Notes under the pieces: generated by a model
What the model was told of the DNA's origin: nothing
Databases searched by the model: none
Seen by the model: the letters and a program-made list of their open reading frames with translations, nothing else
Shown: in pieces, positions 20,833-29,417 of the stretch
How positions within the stretch are numbered: position 1 is the first letter of the stretch
Layout of the letters: every line of letters starts with the position of its first letter
Program-made: the position numbers and the translations under genes
Assembly: GCA_029258885.1 (NCBI GenBank)
Contig: JAPDJW010000002.1
Coordinates: 515,168 to 579,167, forward strand
DNA from: Thermoproteota archaeon
GTDB taxonomy: Archaea; Thermoproteota; Thermoprotei; Thermofilales; B9-G17
Direction: 5' to 3'
DNA length: 64,000 nt

Positions 20833-21591
20833 TTACCTCACCTCAAGCCTGCTTATAAGGTCAACTAGGAAGCTGTCACGGGAGATAACATCCTTCGATG
20901 CTCCTAAATCGACTTTTATACCTCTTAACTTAACTAATCCCCTACGGCCCATGGACGCGTAGTTTAGCAGTGCAATACTCGTAAAAAGTAATCTATAAGC
21001 AGTCGTTATCTCCTTATCTCCTCTATCCCTTAAAGCAAGCAATAGACTTCTCTCCAATAACTCCATTTCACCGTAAAATAGGGTTGATGGAAGTACTTGT
21101 TCAGCCGTGAAAAGGGCACCCTCACTTACAGTCTTGCTCGAATCTTCCAGCCTAATATAGGTGGTAATCTTGAAAAGCTCCCCCATCTTTCCTGCCTTGG
21201 ATTTAATATACCTGTGAATTCCGCCACTAAATATTTCATCGAGATCCTCCACCCCAGCTATGGGATACATATCTGTAAACCTTAGAGGGCTCAACGATCC
21301 TCCAGGAGACCCAAATAGCTTACATATAAGGCATAAACCGCACGGCTTAGTAGCAACATTCATCAAGGGATTAATCCCCTTACATACAGGATACTTATCG
21401 ATAAAGAGCCCCCTCTTCTCGAGTATAGATGCAGCCACATAAGCCTGAGTCCTGAGAACTCCCTTAAAGCTACTTGAGGGACATATCGGTAGACCCTTAT
21501 ACTTAGAAGCAACAACATCAGCCTCAAAGGTTTCCAAGCCACTACCCCAGGAGAACATGTTAAGAGTCTCAACTACAACTCCTATCCTCAT
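20833..21591 (-). CDS. cas7: Type III RAMP subunit, Cas7-like
   Basis: 'PSSSFKGVLRT', 'CGLCLICKLFGSPGG', 'LRFTDMYP'. Confidence 0.7.
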   Translation of the reverse strand: MRIGVVVETLNMFSWGSGLETFEADVVASKYKGLPICPSSSFKGVLRTQAYVAASILEKRGLFIDKYPVCKGINPLMNVATKPCGLCLICKLFGSPGGSLSPLRFTDMYPIAGVEDLDEIFSGGIHRYIKSKAGKMGELFKITTYIRLEDSSKTVSEGALFTAEQVLPSTLFYGEMELLERSLLLALRDRGDKEITTAYRLLFTSIALLNYASMGRRGLVKLRGIKVDLGASKDVISRDSFLVDLISRLEVR

Positions 21592-24275
21592 ATAGCACCA
21601 CCCCCAGCAAACTTAATTAAGTTAAATATGTCGATTAGAGACGGCATAACTACTTTCCCATTTCTAATTATAAAGCGCTTAAAGCTTGACGCCAGCTTAT
21701 ACCTCGTCTTCTCCTTTTCGGAGTAGTGTACACTCATCTCCCTAGCTACATAAACAGCCACCTTAGCTGAGGCACAATTAACATATTCCTCAAGCCTGGC
21801 CCCGGGACGCTTAGCCGAGTGAATATAATCCAGACATTGGCTAAGAACATCGTGAACAAACTTCCTCGCATTCCTTACATTCATTGCCGCCTCTTTATCC
21901 ACTACTACCTTATTTTCATCACTCTTATAGGAGCCTCTAAAAACATCGTAGAATGTTCTCAGAAGCGATTCCAGGCTAGCTATCTCGCTAACGCCGAGTA
22001 TAAATTTGAGCTCCTCCATTAGATCACTGTTTTTCATGTTTGCTGATATAATAAACGGCTGGTTAGACAGCTTTAAGCTAGTGTAGTTATTTAAGAGTGT
22101 ATTAACCACGCTACCAGATATTATACCCCTTTCAACGAAATAGAATGAAAGAACCCCCTGAACGTCACGTACGGATTGTAATTGCCTAAACTTCCTCTTA
22201 CACCTAGCAAGTAGGCTCTCAGATGCTGATATAGTACCCCAAATATTATACTTAGCATTTGATGCTATAACTCCCACTGATAGGCTACAGGCTCCACCCA
22301 TGCCCTTCCAGAACTCCTCGATAAGGATTAGTGAAGCAGGTATAGCCATCCACGAAGGTACTATTGCAACTGTATCGTCACCACCAGCATAAAGTATACC
22401 CAGTTGAACTCTCTTCGCTTCATCGTTATCTATCTCATTTAAGGCTCTAAAAAGTCTCCTATATGCATTCTTAAGCGCTAAATCCAGCCTCAAACTCTTT
22501 TCAACAGCTGAAGATATCGAAAACGATTTACTCATGAAAATTCCAGCGGCATTCCCATCAGCCTTAATAATAGCCAGATTTAATATTCTCTTAATCTCAC
22601 TCCCTAAGATCTCCTCAACATCATGACCCGCCAGATATTCCATCAAATACTCACTAACAATTTTCTCCTTGCTTTCCTGATTTAAGGCAATATTCCAAAG
22701 AATAGTTTCTCTATGAGCTTTTCCTACTTCCTCTTTGAACTTACATATTTCACAGAGATATTCTCCATGCACATTCTCAGTTGCAGGACGTTTCCGGCAT
22801 ATACTACATAATCTCTCAAATCCAAATCTTTCCACACATGAATCCAGCTCTTCCTTAAGCAGTATCTTCTTGGAGGAAACTCGAGCCGATAGATTCCCGA
22901 CGGTAGCTGGCCAGTAGTCGAAGAGAGGATATTTAGCAATAGCTACGTCAATAACGTCTCTAGTAAAGCCTTTATGAAGAATTCTACGTATACCAGACCT
23001 GATGGAATCAGCCACGGATTCCTCATCCATATCTCTCCATAGAAATTCGATAATCCCGCCGCCTGCATATACTATAGCCTCGGGGACTACGCCAAATTCC
23101 TCATAGAGTATCCTAGGTATAACATAGTAGACTATTAAATCGAGGATATGACTGGCGGCAATAAGGCTCTTCAAATCCTCGGACTCATAGATAAACTCCT
23201 GAATGCCTCTAATATCGATCATCCAGACATAGACATCCCTAACCTGCCTAGGCTTAATATCCAAGCCAGCTCTAGCCCTATAAGCTTCAGGATCCTGCAA
23301 TATTCTGGCAGTTTCCTCGCAGAGCTCCCTAAGCTTATCCAATGGAATTTTACTCCAGAACTCTCTAACTTCATCTCCCGATCTCAGAAGCTTATCCCTA
23401 ACCTCACCGACATCAACGCCAAGTTTCCCTGCTATAAATCCAGCAACTAAATCAACAATTCTATCAATCGAAGCAGAGTCCCTATCAGCCTCATATAGCC
23501 TACCACCCTTTTCATGGTGTCTTCTTATAGCCTCAAGTATCTCCCTCAACTTATCATCGTCAACTATATCCCTTAAAAGATCTTTGGCAATTTCAACAGA
23601 TTTTCCAACATGACTGACCCCAGTAAACCAGCTGTAGGGCTTAGCTATATCGTGGAGAAGAGCAGCTATCCTAAGGATATTTCTACCCTTGTCCTCCCTT
23701 ATAGCAGTAATCGCTGAAGTCAACAGAAGATGGACAATAAGACTCGAAGAGTTGAGGCCCACCCTAGTATCCGCTGGAAGCTTCATAAATGCTTCAAAGA
23801 CCTCCTCATGCGTTTTATCATCAAACAACACGTTAAGAACATTAAGTAACCAGGCATTTCCAAACACATTTCTCCCGTCTTTCAATGCATTAAATATTCC
23901 TTCATAAAATGCTTCATAAACCTCCTCGAGGGGGCGCGCAAAGAATAAATCAAATATCTTCCTATCAAATCTAGAGATGAGCCAAAGCCAATATATCCTA
24001 TATGGAGTGGGGTATACCCCGCTGGCGTAGGGGTCTATTAGTAAAGGTGCCTTAAAGAATGCAACTATAGAGTCGGCTAAAGCCTCAAGCTCACGGTCGT
24101 CCGATAATGGTTTATCGGGGGAGATAAATTCCTTAACCTTAACAAGGTATTTATGTAGCATATCAAGTAGAGAATTATATTTCTCGAGCACATCCTCCTC
24201 GATTTCACTGACGCTTGTAGCTACGCCGTCCTTAAATACGGGTACAGAATGTATCCTAAGAACGCCCATAATCAA
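21588..24275 (-). CDS. cas10: Cas10 large subunit (HD nuclease domain + cyclase/Palm domains)
   Basis: HD region 'LRIAALLHDIAKPYSW...RRHHEKG', Palm1 'VWMIDIRGIQEFIY', Zn finger 'CSICRKRPATENVHGEYLCEIC', Palm2 'GILYAGGDDTVAIVP' (GGDD). 895 aa. Confidence 0.9.
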   Translation of the reverse strand: MIMGVLRIHSVPVFKDGVATSVSEIEEDVLEKYNSLLDMLHKYLVKVKEFISPDKPLSDDRELEALADSIVAFFKAPLLIDPYASGVYPTPYRIYWLWLISRFDRKIFDLFFARPLEEVYEAFYEGIFNALKDGRNVFGNAWLLNVLNVLFDDKTHEEVFEAFMKLPADTRVGLNSSSLIVHLLLTSAITAIREDKGRNILRIAALLHDIAKPYSWFTGVSHVGKSVEIAKDLLRDIVDDDKLREILEAIRRHHEKGGRLYEADRDSASIDRIVDLVAGFIAGKLGVDVGEVRDKLLRSGDEVREFWSKIPLDKLRELCEETARILQDPEAYRARAGLDIKPRQVRDVYVWMIDIRGIQEFIYESEDLKSLIAASHILDLIVYYVIPRILYEEFGVVPEAIVYAGGGIIEFLWRDMDEESVADSIRSGIRRILHKGFTRDVIDVAIAKYPLFDYWPATVGNLSARVSSKKILLKEELDSCVERFGFERLCSICRKRPATENVHGEYLCEICKFKEEVGKAHRETILWNIALNQESKEKIVSEYLMEYLAGHDVEEILGSEIKRILNLAIIKADGNAAGIFMSKSFSISSAVEKSLRLDLALKNAYRRLFRALNEIDNDEAKRVQLGILYAGGDDTVAIVPSWMAIPASLILIEEFWKGMGGACSLSVGVIASNAKYNIWGTISASESLLARCKRKFRQLQSVRDVQGVLSFYFVERGIISGSVVNTLLNNYTSLKLSNQPFIISANMKNSDLMEELKFILGVSEIASLESLLRTFYDVFRGSYKSDENKVVVDKEAAMNVRNARKFVHDVLSQCLDYIHSAKRPGARLEEYVNCASAKVAVYVAREMSVHYSEKEKTRYKLASSFKRFIIRNGKVVMPSLIDIFNLIKFAGGGAI

Positions 24276-24570
24276 TCAGCCTCTTACCTTCATATGATAT
24301 AGACTCGTGTAGGAACACGTTAACATACTTCTTAAACTTGGATAGCTCAGCCCCAGAATAAACTATATATCCATCATCCCTCCTAAACCAGAAATATTTA
24401 GCTCCATCGCCAGAAAACAGCAGCCCAAAGGCAGCTAAATCCTCCTCCTTAACGCGCTCACTCCTCTTCACAACCTTTATACTGAAATCCCTTAAATACG
24501 TTACAATCACTCCATCAACCCCTTTAATCAGTTTAACGAGCCCCTCAGCCGACTCAAGCACGTAAGACAC
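24256..24570 (-). CDS. Small uncharacterised protein inside the type III operon
   Basis: 104-aa ORF overlapping the cas10 start by 20 nt, same strand. No recognisable motif. Confidence 0.4.
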   Translation of the reverse strand: MSYVLESAEGLVKLIKGVDGVIVTYLRDFSIKVVKRSERVKEEDLAAFGLLFSGDGAKYFWFRRDDGYIVYSGAELSKFKKYVNVFLHESISYEGKRLIDYGRS

Positions 24571-24574
24571 AGCA

Positions 24575-25522
24575 TCACCCCAACTTCTCTAAAGCCTCAA
24601 CCTCATCAAAATCCCTCCTAAGCTCAGGAAACTCCTCGAAGGCGATATCGGCAAGCTTACGAGCGAAACCAATAGCATCCCTAACAACTAACATATCTCC
24701 CTCCTTAACATAGGATACGTTAAGCCCCTTCAAAGCATCCTCACAGTAATCCCTAAACCTGAACTCAACAGGAGTGAGAAGTAATCTACCGAGTTTAAGT
24801 TTTTTCGAATTAATTTTTCTTTCTCTATACTTACTTCTCCCAATTAACACAACCTTATTCTCATGTAGTCTTAGACCAATTATTATAAGTCCTAATTCTT
24901 CCGCTTTTAAACCTATAAAAGTTATCTCACCATTAAATATAGTTCCCGGCGCTATTGCGAATATTTTCTCACTATAATCCAAGATTAATTTTCTCAATTT
25001 TTCCTTTTCTGCTATTAAATTACCAAAGAATACTCTTGAGGAAAGATTAAGATGACCAAAAAGGTCTTCATCTACGGAATATTTTTTCTTTTCCTCTTTT
25101 TTCCTCGCTTTCTTTATTTTTCTTTTTTCTCTTTCTCTTTTTTCCCATGTAGCAGGAGACCATAAAGCAAAATGCCTCCATCCTGGTGCACCCTTAGGTA
25201 TAGGTTCATCTGGCGGATCTTCGGATGGATCTAAGGTGAACCTAATTTTATTTTTTGAAACTGCTAAAAGCTGTATTCTTGATCTACACAAACCTTTTAA
25301 TGTTGATCCAGGTATAACCACCTTATTATACCTTACTTGTTCTTTAAATCCCAAGTAATATCTTCCAGAGCCGATATGAATATATGATTCAGCTTTTCCT
25401 TTAATTATCATAATGCCCGTTAGAAGCTGTCTAGGTTTAACACGCTCAGGGTCTAAATTCCTAGGAGTATACTCCTTTTCTTCGATTATAACTTCATACT
25501 TTCTGTAATTTTTTTGATACAT
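24575..25522 (-). CDS. Type III RAMP subunit (Cas7-like, Csm5/Cmr1-type?) with Lys/Glu-rich insertion
   Basis: 'YIHIGSG', 'IPGSTLKGLCRSR', 'DLFGHLNLSSRVFFGNL', plus the insertion 'EKREREKRKIKKARKKEEKKKYS'. Confidence 0.6.
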   Translation of the reverse strand: MYQKNYRKYEVIIEEKEYTPRNLDPERVKPRQLLTGIMIIKGKAESYIHIGSGRYYLGFKEQVRYNKVVIPGSTLKGLCRSRIQLLAVSKNKIRFTLDPSEDPPDEPIPKGAPGWRHFALWSPATWEKREREKRKIKKARKKEEKKKYSVDEDLFGHLNLSSRVFFGNLIAEKEKLRKLILDYSEKIFAIAPGTIFNGEITFIGLKAEELGLIIIGLRLHENKVVLIGRSKYRERKINSKKLKLGRLLLTPVEFRFRDYCEDALKGLNVSYVKEGDMLVVRDAIGFARKLADIAFEEFPELRRDFDEVEALEKLG

Positions 25523-26387
25523 TTCTCCAAACCCTCCTAAATTCTTCGATTAATTTCCAGCTATCTGAGGTATATTTAATATCTTCATCGTAAGGATCTA
25601 AAGCTTTTATTATTTCTTTAGATTTTGTTTCAGGATTGTAAATATCAATATTAATTTTTTCAAATTTTACTCTTCCAAATCCTCTACTTTTTAATCCTCC
25701 TATTTTCACTATTCCATGATGGATTTCCATTAATACCTCAGCTAAAAGCCCTACTGCATAATTAGGTAGATTAAAGGCAATGAACTTAAAGTTAAATAAC
25801 GTTCCTGGTTCTACGTATTCAACAGAGTAGAGTGCACGCTTATACGCAGCACCTGTACGTCTATTGATTGCTACCATCGTTCTATAACCTAGCTTATAAG
25901 TATTTATGGGAAAACTATCCATAAATGTTACATGGCTAAAATAGCCTGGTGATCCAAATATTCTACATAGCAAACATAACTGAATTTTGTTAGAAATTAT
26001 ACTCTCTATCTTAGCTCTAATAGATGAAATAAAATCTAAATTTTCATTTTTTTCTATTTCTTCAAATTCCTTTCCTTTTAAGCATGTTTCTCTAGGTAGA
26101 CCCGAGCAGGCATATAAGTTATTGATCATCATTATCCTATTAGCAGTAGCTCTAAATACTCCCTTCCAAGATGAGCCAGGAATTACTATTGTTTCTCCTT
26201 TATCAGTTCTATATTTAAGTACTAGTGAATAAGTAGTTTCTCTAATTCTACGTGTTCTTCCTGAACCAATGATTAAAGGTTCTATATTCTTAACTTCCCC
26301 ACTGACAGTTATTCGTCTAAGTATTTTATGATTGCCGAGCCATTCCCATTTTTTCCAGTCATCCATCATTAGACCACTCCTCAACAA
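25494..26387 (-). CDS. cas7: Type III RAMP subunit, Cas7-like (Csm3/Cmr4)
   Basis: 'PLIIGSG', 'IPGSSWKGVFR', 'CLLCRIFGSPG', 'AINRRTGAAYKRALYSVEYVEPGT', 'GGLKSRGFGRV'. Confidence 0.75.
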   Translation of the reverse strand: MLRSGLMMDDWKKWEWLGNHKILRRITVSGEVKNIEPLIIGSGRTRRIRETTYSLVLKYRTDKGETIVIPGSSWKGVFRATANRIMMINNLYACSGLPRETCLKGKEFEEIEKNENLDFISSIRAKIESIISNKIQLCLLCRIFGSPGYFSHVTFMDSFPINTYKLGYRTMVAINRRTGAAYKRALYSVEYVEPGTLFNFKFIAFNLPNYAVGLLAEVLMEIHHGIVKIGGLKSRGFGRVKFEKINIDIYNPETKSKEIIKALDPYDEDIKYTSDSWKLIEEFRRVWRNVSKKLQKV

Positions 26388-27126
26388 GTTTTTTCAATAT
26401 ATATTCGCTTTGCTTAGTGATCTTAAGGTTTTTAATGGTATACTTTATTACTCTAGTTTCATCAGGCAAAAGCTTTACTAAGCCGTAGCCTATGCTTCTA
26501 TTACCTCCTATAAACATACCGTATTTTGATAAAGTTAAAAATACTTGCCTTATAAGTTCTACTTTAGAGTAATATTCTTCATCATTTAGTCCAGGCGGTT
26601 TATTTTTATCAATCATGTCTAGGTTATATATTTTAACCTTAAATTCCCATCTAGAATTGGGTTCAACATACTCAGTTCTAAATAATGCGCCACTCCTAGC
26701 TCCTCCTCTAAATCTGTCGATTCCTACTCTTGTAATGTATCCTATCTTAAAATCTTTAGGAAGTGCATCAAAGAATATGATGTGGCTTGCTAATCTGTTC
26801 TTTCTTGCACCTCCTCCACCGAATATTTGGCATATAATGCATGGCCCATTTTTCTCTTCCCATTCTTTATCTTTTTTTGAGAAAGGATCGCAAACCTTAT
26901 ATCCCGATGTTCTGGCAATTTTCTCAGCGAAACTTCTAAGAGCTCCCTTTAGGCTTGAACCTGGTATTATAGGTTTTCCGTTCACCTTTATAATTAATTG
27001 ATCTACTCTTTTCTCCGATTCTTTACCAGTTCCTATTCTCAATGGTGTTTCATTTACTAAAACTCCATGTATTTCTATTAGTGAGTATATTCTATCAAAG
27101 TCTGCTCCGGAGACTATACTAATCAC
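26359..27126 (-). CDS. cas7: Type III RAMP subunit, Cas7-like (Csm3/Cmr4)
   Basis: 'PLRIGTG', 'IPGSSLKGALRS', 'CIICQIFGGGG', 'GIDRFRGGARSGALFRTEYVEP', 'GGNRSIGYGLV'. Confidence 0.75.
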   Translation of the reverse strand: MISIVSGADFDRIYSLIEIHGVLVNETPLRIGTGKESEKRVDQLIIKVNGKPIIPGSSLKGALRSFAEKIARTSGYKVCDPFSKKDKEWEEKNGPCIICQIFGGGGARKNRLASHIIFFDALPKDFKIGYITRVGIDRFRGGARSGALFRTEYVEPNSRWEFKVKIYNLDMIDKNKPPGLNDEEYYSKVELIRQVFLTLSKYGMFIGGNRSIGYGLVKLLPDETRVIKYTIKNLKITKQSEYILKKLVEEWSNDG

Positions 27127-27527
27127 CTCCTTTCTAAAATAGCCTTTATAAATTTATCATAGTTAATACTCTTGCAGTTAAGATCGCTTAGATCTATACC
27201 TTCTGATGCCTCATATAATAATTTAAGTATATCTAAAAACTTTCTAATTTCTTCTTTAATGGTCTTTGTATCGGGGAGATTCGATACAAAATATATTATT
27301 ATCTTACCTACATTTTTTCCTATTATATCTCTAGAAATTTGTCTTAGAATATAGGCAGAAATATACTGCTTAACTTCATTTGCTGAGACGGTATCGACTT
27401 GATTCATCAACTTATCTATTTGGTTTTTTTCTAATTTATCCCCTTTATGCACTAAACATATAACCTTAGCGGCCACATCAAAATAGTCATCAAAATAGTT
27501 AATATTTACTCCCATAGATTGTTTCAC
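27123..27527 (-). CDS. cas11: Candidate type III small subunit (Cas11; Csm2/Cmr5-like)
   Basis: 134-aa ORF that looks all-helical by composition. It is the first gene of the operon and overlaps the next cas7 by 4 nt. Assignment rests on size, position and composition only. Confidence 0.45.
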   Translation of the reverse strand: MKQSMGVNINYFDDYFDVAAKVICLVHKGDKLEKNQIDKLMNQVDTVSANEVKQYISAYILRQISRDIIGKNVGKIIIYFVSNLPDTKTIKEEIRKFLDILKLLYEASEGIDLSDLNCKSINYDKFIKAILERR

Positions 27528-27750
27528 CTGTTGATATTAATAACACTTTATTATGATACTTTCCTCTAATTAAATCTTTTCAAAGTTATTAACAAAATTA
27601 GACATAGATCATAATACGCATGTTGAATGTATTAGATATTTTAATCAAATATTCGAGTATTTGCTGGAACTATTGGTAATACATTATATTATCAATTAAA
27701 GATCATTGGGCGACAGTAAGCTTAATAGATAAATATAAATTTATAGAAAT

Positions 27751-28419
27751 ATGATCAAAATTCCGAACTATAATTTGCTAAAAAACGAACATTTAAGAAA
27801 AATAGTTTTAATTGTGGCTAAAAAGTTAATATGTTCATTCAGGGATTTACTTTTAGAAAGTGGTATGTCTCCTTCTACACTACAGTATAGATTAGCTAAA
27901 TTAGTCAAAGGGAATATATTAAGAAAATCTTCACGTGGATACTATACACTAGCATATAGAACACCTTTAGCTTTTCTTTCCGATAGAGCGCCAATAGCAT
28001 ATGTAGGTTTATTAGGCTTAAAGGAAGGACATGAAGAGCCAGAATGGTTAGTGGCTTCAAATCTTTTAAAGAGGGAAGGTTTCTTGTTGAAGAAAATAGT
28101 AGTGATAGCCTCACCTAAAACGATTTCATCATGGAATAATAACTTCATGTCGAATGTTGATTGGAAACTATTTAAGTCGGATGAATTATTTGATCCTTCT
28201 AGCTGTAGCAAGGTATTAGAACCAATAATAGCAGAGTTAATCAAGGAATATGCCTTAATAGCAGATATAACAGCTGGACCGAGGCCAGCAGGGATAGTGT
28301 TGCATAAAATTGCTTCAAGATACTATGTACCTCAAATATATGTGAGGGAGGATACTAAAAAGCTATATTGGATAGTAAGCCTTGAGGAGATACTGAGAAA
28401 TATGGGCATTATGAGCTAG
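27751..28419 (+). CDS. wHTH + CARF-like (Csa3-type Rossmann) putative regulator, domain order permuted relative to Csa3
   Basis: N-terminal wHTH 'SFRDLLLESGMSPSTLQYRLAKLVKGNILRK'. C-terminal half has 'IAYVGLLGL' and the CARF-type 'ADITAGPRPAG' (DxTxGxR). Divergent from the type III operon. Confidence 0.45.
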   Translation: MIKIPNYNLLKNEHLRKIVLIVAKKLICSFRDLLLESGMSPSTLQYRLAKLVKGNILRKSSRGYYTLAYRTPLAFLSDRAPIAYVGLLGLKEGHEEPEWLVASNLLKREGFLLKKIVVIASPKTISSWNNNFMSNVDWKLFKSDELFDPSSCSKVLEPIIAELIKEYALIADITAGPRPAGIVLHKIASRYYVPQIYVREDTKKLYWIVSLEEILRNMGIMS

Positions 28420-28450
28420 CTTATTCAATATAGTTATATAAGTTTATGAA

Positions 28451-29011
28451 ATGAATTCTAGGGGATACATGAAAACTTTAACTAGGAGGCTAAATGATGC
28501 AAGAAGAAAAATTCGTGAAGAGATAGAGAGATTAGCTAAGAAGATAGGTGATACGTGCATAATAGTCGCCTTGCTAGGAGCTGGAGGAAGAGGTATAGAG
28601 GAAAGGAGACGGATAAAGCTACACCTTGAGAAGATGAATATAATAACCCTAATACCTGAGGATGATATTCCAGAAGAATTGTCTCCAAGTCTCTTAGAGG
28701 AGGCCATTTTAACGAAGTCTGATATCGACTTAATATTTGTTAATGTAGAATCATGGGGTACGGCAACTGAATTTGCCCAGTTTCACGATAAGCATGAGAT
28801 AGCATATAAGCTTAGGGTGCTTGTTCCTGCCGAGTATCATCCTATATACGGTAGAGAGGGAGGATATTTGACGGATCTATACCTTACACATTTAACACTA
28901 TATGGACACGTATATGCATATGGCAACGGAGAGCGTTTTCCTAAACCGGAGAAGATAATATTAACTATAGCGATGAGATTTAAGGAGCTGAAAGCTTTAG
29001 GTAAAATATAA
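28451..29011 (+). CDS. Hypothetical protein, Rossmann-like (nucleoside 2-deoxyribosyltransferase / SLOG / TIR-like superfamily?)
   Basis: 'CIIVALLGAGGRG' followed by 'SDIDLIFVNVESWGTATEFAQF', which resembles the D/GT..E motif of NDT/LOG-like folds. The family call is tentative. Confidence 0.3.
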   Translation: MNSRGYMKTLTRRLNDARRKIREEIERLAKKIGDTCIIVALLGAGGRGIEERRRIKLHLEKMNIITLIPEDDIPEELSPSLLEEAILTKSDIDLIFVNVESWGTATEFAQFHDKHEIAYKLRVLVPAEYHPIYGREGGYLTDLYLTHLTLYGHVYAYGNGERFPKPEKIILTIAMRFKELKALGKI

Positions 29012-29065
29012 TTTATCAGATAAAGAAATATATATCTGATAAACGAATATAAATATGGGGGACTT

Positions 29066-29344
29066 ATGGAGGCTGTTCGTAGGAAGCTTAAGATGTATAG
29101 GGCTCTGGATAACGAGCATAGGTTGAGAATAGTGTTAACATTGGCCAGTAGGCCTGGTTTATCGTTTAACGAGTTAGCTGGAGAGCTTGGATTGGAGAGA
29201 GGTCTTCTGGCGTATCATTTAGCGGTTCTTAAGAATGCGGGTTTAGTGGAGCTGAAGTATGAGAGGAGGAGTAAGAAGCTTACAAAATACTATTTGACGG
29301 AGGATGGGGTTAAAGTATTAAGGGAGCTAGGTTTAATCCAGTGA
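29066..29344 (+). CDS. ArsR family wHTH transcriptional regulator
   Basis: 'YRALDNEHRLRIVLTLASRPGLSFNELAGELGLERGLLAYHLAVLKNAGLV'. Confidence 0.8.
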   Translation: MEAVRRKLKMYRALDNEHRLRIVLTLASRPGLSFNELAGELGLERGLLAYHLAVLKNAGLVELKYERRSKKLTKYYLTEDGVKVLRELGLIQ

Positions 29345-29417
29345 AACATAATAGATGGAACCTGTCAGTAAAGCTAGGGGCTAATGTAGGCTATCTAAAT
29401 TAAGGTTAACGGCGTTA

